Part shown: piece by piece, positions 1 through 7,354 of the stretch
How positions within the stretch are numbered: the first letter of the stretch is position 1
How the letters are laid out: the number at the start of each line of letters is the position of its first letter
Source: Nitrospirota bacterium
GTDB taxonomy: Bacteria > Nitrospirota > JACRHJ01
NCBI GenBank assembly: GCA_963845245.1
Contig: CAWJRJ010000004.1
Location: forward strand, 1 to 18,629
Length of the DNA stretch: 18,629 bases
Reading direction: 5' to 3'
Translations under genes and position numbers: made by a program
Notes under the pieces: model-generated
Databases searched by the model: none
What the model was told of the DNA's origin: nothing
The model's input: only the letters and a program-made list of their open reading frames with translations

Positions 1-15
1 ATGTTGGCTCCTTGA

Positions 16-1105
16 GCAACTAATTCTCGTATTGCTAAGGCCGACCTGTTCAAGGTGGTAGATATTATAAAGAAGAAGAAAAAATCCGACATCGTAGTCC
101 TGGCATCAGGCGACCCCAACCTCTACGGCATAACAGGATATCTCCTGAAGAATTTCGGCAAGGAAAACCTTAACATAACCCCTGCCGTAAGCTCGATGCA
201 GTGGGCCTTTGCCATGGCCAAGGAGACTTGGGAGGACGCGGAGATCGTCAGTGCGCACGGGCGGGGTGTCGATGAGGTGCTCAAGGCAACCCTGATGCGT
301 GACAAGGTCGGCGTGTTCACCGACGATAAGAACAGCCCCGACAAGCTAGCCGCCGCGCTTATATCCGCTGGTATCGGCGAGAGGAAAGTCTTTGTCTGCG
401 AGAACCTCGGCATGGATAGCCCGAAGTTGTTCGAGGGAACCTTGGAGGAGACCGTATCAAAAAGGTTCTCTCCGATGAACGTGATGATAATAAAGAAGGA
501 AAAGGCAGCCGAGCCAGCCGGAAAACCGTATTCCAAATCGCTCGGAATACCGGATTTCCAGTTCGCGCACCGGGAGGGCATGATAACGAAGGGCGAGGTA
601 CGGGCCATCGCGCTCTCCAAGCTCCGTCCAACCAGTGGGAATATCATGTGGGATATCGGCGCGGGCAGCGGATCTGTCTCGATCGAGGCTGAACCGCTTA
701 TCGCCCCGGGCAAGGTATTCGCAATAGAAAAAGACCAGAAACAGCTTGCGTTCCTCAAGAAAAACATCAGTGAAGTTTGCGGCCAACAGGGTCGAGCCGA
801 TAGGCGGGGACGCCCCGGAGGCGCTGAAACCCCTGCCGGATCCTGATATTGTATTCATCGGCGGCAGCAGCGGGCAACTCGCGGAAATACTTGACTACAT
901 AGATACAAGGCTCAAGAAGGGCGGCAGGCTTGTCGCAAATACCGTAACCCTTGAGAATTTCACAGAACTGGTCGAGTTCATGAAGGCCCATAACTATGTC
1001 TTTGAAGTTACCACGGCAAGCGTCGCCCGCTCGAAGGAGCTCTCACAGAAACATTTCATGATAGCGGCCAACCCAATAAATATCATCCTAGGCATAAAGA
1101 CTTAA
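16..1105 (+). CDS. cbiET: Fused cobalt-precorrin-7 C5-methyltransferase / cobalt-precorrin-6B C15-methyltransferase (CbiE-CbiT, CobL-like); 5'-incomplete and split by a +1 frameshift at about 769
   Basis: Frame 1 has CbiE motifs (VVLASGDPNLYGI, PAVSSMQWAFA, SAHGR, VCENLG) and CbiT motifs (MITKGEVR, WDIGAGSGSVSIE). Frame 2 from 770 continues with VKFAANRV..GDAPEAL..LPDPDIVFIGGS..GGRLVANTVTLE..AANPI. In-frame TGA at 13-15; the usual CbiE N-terminus is not visible. Confidence 0.9.
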
Positions 1106-1134
1106 AATCGTTTTCTTGATATCACCGTTTCTTT

Positions 1135-1178
1135 GCCGCCGCTATTCTTTTCGTAAAGAAAGCGGCGGTTTTGCTTTT
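1135..1178 (+). terminator. Rho-independent terminator after cbiET
   Basis: CCGCCGCT(A)TTCTTT-TCGT-AAAGAAAGCGGCGG stem-loop followed by TTTTGCTTTT. Confidence 0.75.
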
Positions 1179-1180
1179 AG

Positions 1181-1208
1181 TTGATTTTTTGCCCTCAGAT
1201 GCTATACT
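1181..1208 (+). promoter_or_regulatory. Sigma70-type promoter for cbiL
   Basis: TTGATT (1181-1186), 16-bp spacer, extended -10 TGcTATACT (1200-1208). Confidence 0.6.
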
Positions 1209-1239
1209 AACTTCCTTTTGAGATAAGCGAGGGTATTCA

Positions 1240-1947
1240 ATGGCATCTGGCAAGATATACGGTATCGGCGTCGGCCCGGGCGACCCGGGCCTGCTTACGG
1301 TAAAGGCTGTCAAAATTTTGACTGATGTCCCGGTGGTCTGTGCGCCAAAGGCGGCGGACGACGCGGGAAGCTTCGCGCTGTCCATTGTCGGGGGCTACAT
1401 AGACACCTCCCGCCAGAAGGTCATCACCCCGCTGTTCCCGATGAGCATGGACAAGGCGGTGCTGGACAAGGCGTGGTCGGACGCTGCCGAGCTTGTGGCG
1501 GCGGAACTTGCCGCAGGGCGGGATGTCGCATTCCTTACCCTTGGCGACCCGTCGCTTTACAGCACCTACTCCTATATCCTGTCAAAGATAAAAAACCTTA
1601 TCCCGGGCCTTGAGAACGAGATTATACCCGGTGTCAGCTCCATATCGCTCGCGGCGGCAAGGGCGGGGGTTGACCTCGCTCTAGGCAACGAGCGGCTTGC
1701 CATCATGCCTGTCGGGCGCGACATGGAGAGCCTCAGGGAACCGCTGTCACATTATGACACCGTCGTGTTGATGAAGGTGAACAAGAGCTTCGGGAAGCTC
1801 GTCTCGCTGCTTGAGGAGATGGGGCTTATTTCAAAGGCCGTTTATGTCACCCGGTGCGGGACGGACAAAGAAAAGATCATCCGCGACCTGAAGAGCATCG
1901 GCGATAACGAGCATGACTATCTATCGTTGGTAATAGTGAAGAAGTAA
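1240..1947 (+). CDS. cbiL: Cobalt-precorrin-2 C20-methyltransferase
   Basis: GKIYGIGVGPGDPGLLTVKAV, FPM, VAFLTLGDPSLYSTY, IPGVSS, VVLMK, YLSLVIV; GAGG SD upstream; position in a cbi cluster. Confidence 0.93.
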   Translation: MASGKIYGIGVGPGDPGLLTVKAVKILTDVPVVCAPKAADDAGSFALSIVGGYIDTSRQKVITPLFPMSMDKAVLDKAWSDAAELVAAELAAGRDVAFLTLGDPSLYSTYSYILSKIKNLIPGLENEIIPGVSSISLAAARAGVDLALGNERLAIMPVGRDMESLREPLSHYDTVVLMKVNKSFGKLVSLLEEMGLISKAVYVTRCGTDKEKIIRDLKSIGDNEHDYLSLVIVKK

Positions 1948-1989
1948 TTACAGTGTCTGGTGATGCTTATTCGAAAGGCATCAATGTGA

Positions 1990-2050
1990 GAGGTATTCAG
2001 TAAGTTGACTTTGTACGGGTATCATCGTTCAAAGGCTACTTACTGACCTC
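1990..2050. repeat. 61-nt imperfect inverted repeat (long hairpin) in the cbiL-cbiF spacer
   Basis: GAGG/CCTC, TCAGTAAGT/ACTTACTGA, CTTTG/CAAAG and ACG/CGT arms pair in register. Confidence 0.75.
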
Positions 2051-2103
2051 GAATCTTTTTGATGACTTGAGAATAAATTTCACCAGCCAAAAGGGAGTTT
2101 ACT

Positions 2104-2857
2104 TTGAGTAATATATTTTTCCTCGGCGCTGGCCCGGGCGACCCGGACCTTATGACGATCAAGGCCAGAAAAGTTCTGGAACAGGCCGACCTGGTAATCT
2201 ATGCCGGGTCGCTGGTGAACCCGGAGCTTCTGAAGTTCGCCAAGCCCGGCGCGGAGATAAAGAACAGCGCCACGATGGAGCTTGACGAGATGGTCGCGGC
2301 GATGGCCAGCTTTGCAAAGGCGGGCAAGGTCGTCGCACGGCTTCATACCGGCGAGCCGAGCCTGTACGGCGCAATCGCGGAGCAGATGGAGGAGCTGGAC
2401 AAGGCGGGGCTCGATTACGAGGTCGTCCCCGGCGTTAGTTCCGCATTCGCCGCCGCCGCCGCGCTCAAGTGCGAGCTGACCCTGCCGGAGGTGAACCAGA
2501 CGGTCATCTTCACGCGACTTGAGGGCCGCACCGGCGTCCCTAAGAAGGAGTCGCTTTCCTCCCTTGCATCACACGAGACGACGATGGTGATATTCCTGTC
2601 CATCGGCAACATAGACAAGGTGGTCGAGGAGCTTCTGACGGGCTTCCCGAATACGACACCGGCGGCTGTGGTGTACAAGGCGTCCTGGCCCGAGGAGAAG
2701 GTCGTGCGCGGGACACTCGCGGATATCGCGGACAAGGTGAAGGCGGAGGGCATCTCAAAGACCGCGCTGATATTCGTCGGCGAGGCAATTGGGCGGCAGA
2801 TGAAGGCGTACTCGAAAGCTTTATGATAAAGACTTTAAGCATGAGTACAGGAAATAA
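2104..2857 (+). CDS. cbiF: Cobalt-precorrin-4 C11-methyltransferase. As written the ORF stops at 2826, but the conserved C-terminus continues in the +1 frame to 2857
   Basis: FLGAGPGDPDLMTIKA, IYAGSLVNP, VARLHTGEPSLYGAIAEQM, ELTLPEVNQTVIFTR, YKASWPEE; TTG start with AAGGGAG SD. Removing one A at 2815-2817 gives SKLYDKDFKHEYRK*. Confidence 0.93.
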
Positions 2858-2891
2858 ATAAAACGATGGAAAATTCCCGAAAAAAACAAGA

Positions 2892-3193
2892 ATGCAAAGG
2901 ACGGAAGTGTTGCCCACATTGTCGAATGAGCTAGATTTAGCATCTATACTGACAACAGGCATCCAATAAGCGATTTAGTTAACTCAACGAGATGGGGCAA
3001 TACTGGAAAGTTGAATAGATACTTTGGGTAAATAATTTGTTGCAACATTGGTGGTAAATCTTGAAAGCGAAGACAGCAAATAATTCGGATTTATAAAGCA
3101 TGTCGCGCGCGGGGTTTTAGTTAGGCGCTTTAATCGGCTCTTGTTATAGGGTGGTTAGTGAGCAAATTCAAAAAAGAAAAAGGCAGCAGATGA
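2892..3193 (+). pseudogene. Frameshifted, diverged paralog of the 3265-3567 Zn-ribbon membrane gene
   Basis: Read across indels it gives MQRTEV-CPHC..ELDLASIL.NRHPISDLVNSTRW...IIC-QH(C)...FGFI...WLVSKFKKEKGSR*, collinear with MPKTEVCPHCLKTIDLTPILRNQSPIRALFVPAKW...IICPHC...FWFI. Confidence 0.7.
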
Positions 3194-3265
3194 ATAAACT
3201 CGCCCGTCATCGCCATAACCAAAAACGGCTCTTTGCTTGCTGGTAAGATAGGTAAGGCTTGCTAA
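3190..3265 (+). pseudogene. Duplicated 5' stub of cbiG (MNKLA[+C]VIAITKNGSLLAGKIGKAC*)
   Basis: 3209-3251 is 41/43 identical to 3586-3628 of cbiG, and both differences are synonymous (ACC/ACG, GCT/GCC). One extra C at 3203-3205. Its TAA overlaps the next ATG (TAATG). Confidence 0.9.
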
Positions 3266-3567
3266 TGCCAAAGACTGAAGTTTGTCCACATTGTTTAAAG
3301 ACGATAGACCTGACACCGATATTGCGCAACCAGAGCCCGATACGCGCTTTATTTGTCCCTGCAAAATGGCTAAAATTATTTAGGTTGGTAGAGAATTATG
3401 ACCAGATAATCTGCCCGCATTGCCAGCAGACATATCAAACCAATAAAGCCAGGTTCTTCTGGTTTATCACGCCCAAGAACATGGCGCTTATTATATTGAT
3501 AGTCCCAACGGTCTATATTGCATTGAAAGTTCTTCAGTGGATAAAAGAAGTTGGAGTTCTATTTTAA
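3265..3567 (+). CDS. Small hypothetical membrane protein with two CPHC (CxxC) motifs, putative Zn ribbon plus a C-terminal TM helix
   Basis: 100-aa ORF from ATG 3265; CPHC...CPHC; hydrophobic ALIILIVPTVYIAL; stop abuts the cbiG ATG; AT-rich relative to the flanks. Confidence 0.7.
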   Translation: MPKTEVCPHCLKTIDLTPILRNQSPIRALFVPAKWLKLFRLVENYDQIICPHCQQTYQTNKARFFWFITPKNMALIILIVPTVYIALKVLQWIKEVGVLF

Positions 3568-4620
3568 ATGAGAAAGTTGGCAGTAATCGCCATAACGAAA
3601 AACGGCTCTTTGCTTGCCGGTAAGATAGCCAGATCATACAAGTCTGCGGACGTATATCTGCCGAAGGAGTTCGCCTTGCCGGGTTGCAAGGTTATCAATG
3701 GTGGTTTGGCGGAAGAGGTCGGGCGGATATTCGGGAAGTACAAGGCCTTTGCCTTTATAACGGCAACCGGTATTGCCGTCAGGATGATCGCGCCACATCT
3801 GAAGGACAAGAAGACCGACCCGGCGGTGGTGGTGATGGATGAGAAGGGGGAGTACGTTATAAGCCTTCTCTCCGGCCACATAGGCGGGGCGAACGAACTT
3901 GCAAAAAAGATTGCTAAGTTGATCGGCGGGCAGGCGGTGATAACCACCGCGTCGGACGTGCAGGGTTCAATCGCGGTGGATACGCTGGCCGGGATGCTCG
4001 ACTGCGCGATTGAGGACTTCGATGCCGCGAAGCGCGTTACCGCCGCAATTGTGAACGGCGGCAAGGTTGCCGCGTATTCGCACATCGATATCGCGGGCAG
4101 GCTGGACAGCATAAACGCGGACATCGAGTTTTACAAGACTGCTGAGGATGCGCTGAAGGCGAAGGCGGACGCGGCGATATTAATCACGCCGTACCTGTTG
4201 GAAATAAAGAAGCGTAAGCCGGTCGCGGTACTTCGCCCGAGAGTTCTTGTGGTCGGGATGGGTTGCAACCGTGGCACGTCCGAGGAAGAGATAGAGCGCC
4301 TCTTTATTGATACTCTGGACGATGCGCGACTCTCTCCGATGTCGGTTAAGTTGGTTACATCGGTTGAGGACAAGAAGGACGAGGTAGGGCTTTTGAGCTT
4401 CGCGAAGAAACGGGGCCTGAAGATAAAATTTTTCACAAGGGAGAGGCTCCTTAAGGGCAAGACGCCTTCGGGGGCATCCGAGACTGTATTCAGAAACTTG
4501 GGGGTATACGGGGTATGCGAACCGGCAGCCCTTCTTGCGGCGGGGGCAAAGAAACTCCTTGTTGCAAAGAAGAAGACAAAGAACGCGACGATAGCAATCG
4601 CAGAGGCTCGCTCAAAGTAA
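3568..4620 (+). CDS. cbiG: Cobalt-precorrin-5A hydrolase
   Basis: ATGIAVRMIAP, DKKTDPAVVVMDE, ISLLSGHIGGANELA, VITTASD, VGMGCNRG, GVCEPAAL. Confidence 0.95.
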   Translation: MRKLAVIAITKNGSLLAGKIARSYKSADVYLPKEFALPGCKVINGGLAEEVGRIFGKYKAFAFITATGIAVRMIAPHLKDKKTDPAVVVMDEKGEYVISLLSGHIGGANELAKKIAKLIGGQAVITTASDVQGSIAVDTLAGMLDCAIEDFDAAKRVTAAIVNGGKVAAYSHIDIAGRLDSINADIEFYKTAEDALKAKADAAILITPYLLEIKKRKPVAVLRPRVLVVGMGCNRGTSEEEIERLFIDTLDDARLSPMSVKLVTSVEDKKDEVGLLSFAKKRGLKIKFFTRERLLKGKTPSGASETVFRNLGVYGVCEPAALLAAGAKKLLVAKKKTKNATIAIAEARSK

Positions 4621-5351
4621 TAGGCATCGGGCCTGGTTCTGCGGACTACATGACGCCGAGGGCCAAGTCAGCGATAGAGTCCAGCGATACCATCGTCGGC
4701 TATATAACATACATCAAACTTATTCCTGAGCTGCTTGAGGGCAAAGAGGTGGTATCCACCGGTATGAAGGCCGAGGCCGAACGCTGCAAGGAGGCGGTAC
4801 GGCTTGCGGCCGAAGGGCGGAGAGTCGCGTTCATATCGAGCGGAGACCCTGGCGTATATGGCATGGCGGGGCTTGCGCTTGAGGTGATAAAGGACGCATA
4901 CCCGGTCTACATACCTTTCGACTTCGAGGTCATTCCTGGACTTCCGGCGGTATGTTCGTCCGCGGCATCGCTTGGCGCGCCCCTTATGCATGACTTCGCG
5001 GTGATATCGCTTTCAGACCTGCTGACACCCTGGGAACTTATTAAAAAGCGCCTCCACGCGGCGGCATCGGCCGACTTCGTGATATCGCTTTATAATCCTC
5101 GGAGCAAGGGCAGGCCGGGCCTGCTTGAGGAGGCGCGCGGCATCATAATGGAGCACAGGCCGGGTGAAACCCCGGTGGGCATCGTGAAGGATTCGCGCCG
5201 CGACGAGGAAGAGGTGATCCTGACGACGCTTGCCGAACTGCCGTTTGACAGGGTGGATATGACGACGATGGTAATCATCGGAAACTCCAGCAGTTACCGC
5301 TTTATGAACTATATCGTCACCCCGCGCGGATACAAGGGGAAGAGGTTCTAG
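4602..5351 (+). CDS. cbiH: Cobalt-precorrin-3 C17-methyltransferase; start uncertain (frame open from ATG 4515, homology begins at about 4605)
   Basis: GSLKVIGIGPG, IVGYITYI, ISSGDPGVYGMAG, GAPLMHDFAVISLSDLLTPW, ADFVISLYNPRS, VDMTTMVIIGNS, VTPRGY. Confidence 0.92.
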   Translation, partial: RGSLKVIGIGPGSADYMTPRAKSAIESSDTIVGYITYIKLIPELLEGKEVVSTGMKAEAERCKEAVRLAAEGRRVAFISSGDPGVYGMAGLALEVIKDAYPVYIPFDFEVIPGLPAVCSSAASLGAPLMHDFAVISLSDLLTPWELIKKRLHAAASADFVISLYNPRSKGRPGLLEEARGIIMEHRPGETPVGIVKDSRRDEEEVILTTLAELPFDRVDMTTMVIIGNSSSYRFMNYIVTPRGYKGKRF

Positions 5352-5362
5352 AGACTTTTAGC

Positions 5363-5391
5363 TTTACAACAGGGGCTTTAATACCTATAAT
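5363..5391 (+). promoter_or_regulatory. Sigma70-type promoter
   Basis: TTTACA-17 bp-TATAAT. Confidence 0.7.
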
Positions 5392-5433
5392 CCCGTGGTA
5401 CGGATAAATAAACAAACAAAGGAGGATTGAATC

Positions 5434-5547
5434 ATGCGTATGAGAAACAGGGAGATAGCCAGGAGAAGGCACAGAAGGGACCAGGCCCTAAAGCTTCGTA
5501 AGCGCGAGGCGATAGAGGCGGCAAAGAACACAGTCAAGAAGAAGTAA
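5434..5547 (+). CDS. 37-aa Arg/Lys-rich small protein (MRMRNREIARRRHRRDQALKLRKREAIEAAKNTVKKK), resembling DUF6800-type peptides; not in the ORF track
   Basis: Strong SD AAAGGAGG at 5418-5425, ATG 5434, own promoter, TAATG overlap with the next gene. Confidence 0.8.
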   Translation: MRMRNREIARRRHRRDQALKLRKREAIEAAKNTVKKK

Positions 5548-6074
5548 TGCCCGAGGGCGCGGCATTCTGGTTGACCGGCCTGCCAGGCTCCGGCAAGACA
5601 ACGCTGGCGCTGGCGGCAAAGAAAGAGGTGCCGGGCTTAGTCATCCTGCACATGGACGAGATGCGCAGGGTTGTCACGCCCGTGCCGACATATAGCGGCG
5701 AAGAGAGAGACCATCTGTACATGGCCCTTGTCTTCGCCGCTATTGTTTTGACAAGAGAAGGCCACGATGTGGTGGTCGACGCCACGGCAAACCTCCGCAG
5801 GTGGCGCGATGGGGCCAGGATGCGGATAAAGGATTTCCACGAGATATATATCAAATGCCCTATCGATTTGTGCCGGGACAGGGAGAAGACGCGGGTAGAC
5901 GAGTTTGCACCGCGCGATGTATACAAGAAGGGCGAGGCTGGCTGGCCGGTGCCGGGCGTGAACGTGCCGTATGAGGATCCTCTCTCCCCTGAGCTTACAA
6001 TAGACTGCGGCAGGTTGACACTAGAGGAGGCCGCATCCGTGCTGGTGGGCTACATAAAGAAAGTCAAACATTAA
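5547..6074 (+). CDS. Adenylyl-sulfate (APS) kinase-like P-loop kinase
   Basis: FWLTGLPGSGKTT Walker A, EIYIKCPIDLCRDRE, VYKK, VPGVNVPYEDPLSPEL; diverged from canonical CysC at LDGDNVR. Confidence 0.8.
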   Translation: MPEGAAFWLTGLPGSGKTTLALAAKKEVPGLVILHMDEMRRVVTPVPTYSGEERDHLYMALVFAAIVLTREGHDVVVDATANLRRWRDGARMRIKDFHEIYIKCPIDLCRDREKTRVDEFAPRDVYKKGEAGWPVPGVNVPYEDPLSPELTIDCGRLTLEEAASVLVGYIKKVKH

Positions 6075-6081
6075 TTCCCCC

Positions 6082-6110
6082 TTGCCCTTTCTCCTCAAGC
6101 TTGATAGAAT
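6082..6110 (+). promoter_or_regulatory. Sigma70-type promoter placing +1 at or near the envC ATG
   Basis: TTGCCC-17 bp-TAGAAT with extended TG; ATG at 6118. Confidence 0.55.
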
Positions 6111-6117
6111 CCACTGC

Positions 6118-7302
6118 ATGTTATCGAGAATGCTGATAATTTCCGCCACCCTGCTTTTCATGCTCACTGTTACCATTCCCGCGTACGCCGAAGAAAAACC
6201 CTCAAAGGCCAAGACCCAGAACGAACTCCAGAAGATCCAGGAACAATTGAAGGGCGTGAAGAAGAAGGAGAAGGAGGCCGCAAAGCAGGAGCGCTCCGTC
6301 CTGACCGACCTTGAGAATATGGACCAGAACCTTGAACAAAAACGCGCCGAGGTCAGAAAACTGGAGGGCAAACTGAACGGGGTCAGCCGGGAGATAGAGG
6401 GCTCGTCGTCCGAGATGGAGAAATACGGTTCCAAGGTGAAGACGAAGGAGGCCGACCTGGCCAACAGGATAAGGGCGATGTACAAGACCGAGCGCGCGGG
6501 GGGGGCGTGGGTACTCCTGGTCTCAGGGGACTATGGCTCACTCCTAAGACGGTACAAATACCTGTCCATAATGTCAAGGCGCGACAAGGCTATGATGGAG
6601 GCCTACAAAGGCGACCTTGAAAAAGTGGCCGATTACAACGATAAGCTAAAAGACCAGCGCAAGGAATACGATAAGATAAAAACCGCACGCGACGCCGAGG
6701 CTGCAAAGGTGCAGGCGCAGGAGGCTGAAAAGAAGAAGCTGCTCGCCTCGATCAGGGAGAAAAAGGGCCTTTACGAAGCGATGGCCCACGACCTCGAGGA
6801 GTCTGGCCGCAGGATGCGCGACCTGCTGAACCGCCTTGAGGTGGAGAAAAAGGCAAAGCCCAGCCCGGGCAAGCCCGCTGCACCGGCTGTAGTTGTCCCT
6901 GCCCTGACTGCCGGGCTCGACTGGCCGGTATCCGGGAAGATAATAAGCTTTTTTGGCAAGCAGAAACACCCGGAATATGATACCTATATCTTCAAGAACG
7001 GCGTGGAGATACAGGCCCCGGCCGGTTCCGATGTCAGGGCGATCGACGGGGCGGTTGTCGCCTTTGCGAGCTTCTTCAAGGGGCTAGGCCAGGTGGCGAT
7101 TTTAAGGCATGGCGGCGATATGTACACAGTGTATGCGCACCTGGCTGATGTAAGGGTAAAGGCAGGCGACAAGGTCGGAAAGGGGCAGGTCATAGCGTCC
7201 CTTGCCGATACAGGCTCGTCGACAGGACCGACACTATATTTTGAGGTCAGGAAGGGGGCCGAACCCCAGGACCCGGTAAAGTGGCTCAAGAGGAAAAAAT
7301 AA
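6118..7302 (+). CDS. envC: Murein hydrolase activator EnvC-like protein (signal peptide, long coiled coil, degenerate M23/LytM domain)
   Basis: Hydrophobic N-terminus ending in AYA; long coiled coil; WPVSGKIISFFG, KNGVEI (HxxxD lost), YAHL, LYFEVR, DPVKWL; typical envC-ctpA synteny. Confidence 0.85.
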   Translation: MLSRMLIISATLLFMLTVTIPAYAEEKPSKAKTQNELQKIQEQLKGVKKKEKEAAKQERSVLTDLENMDQNLEQKRAEVRKLEGKLNGVSREIEGSSSEMEKYGSKVKTKEADLANRIRAMYKTERAGGAWVLLVSGDYGSLLRRYKYLSIMSRRDKAMMEAYKGDLEKVADYNDKLKDQRKEYDKIKTARDAEAAKVQAQEAEKKKLLASIREKKGLYEAMAHDLEESGRRMRDLLNRLEVEKKAKPSPGKPAAPAVVVPALTAGLDWPVSGKIISFFGKQKHPEYDTYIFKNGVEIQAPAGSDVRAIDGAVVAFASFFKGLGQVAILRHGGDMYTVYAHLADVRVKAGDKVGKGQVIASLADTGSSTGPTLYFEVRKGAEPQDPVKWLKRKK

Positions 7303-7310
7303 AAAAAACC

Positions 7311-7339
7311 TTCATATAAAACGAATTATAAGGTATAAT
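7311..7339 (+). promoter_or_regulatory. Sigma70-type promoter for ctpA
   Basis: TTCATA-17 bp-TATAAT with an upstream A tract. Confidence 0.55.
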
Positions 7340-7354
7340 TTAAAGGCGTGGATA

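Noticed and set aside
1948..2103. Cobalamin riboswitch
   Set aside because: Lacks the GGGAA..GGTG.AA.TCC, GCCCCCGC.ACTGT and B12-box motifs.
2866..2934. 22-aa ORF MENSRKKQECKGRKCCPHCRMS*
   Set aside because: Better explained as one frame of the indel-ridden copy A than as an independent peptide.
3120..3126. GTTAGGC integron attC core next to small AT-rich genes
   Set aside because: No matching RYYYAAC inverse core or attC hairpin upstream and no integrase; it lies inside the degenerate copy A.
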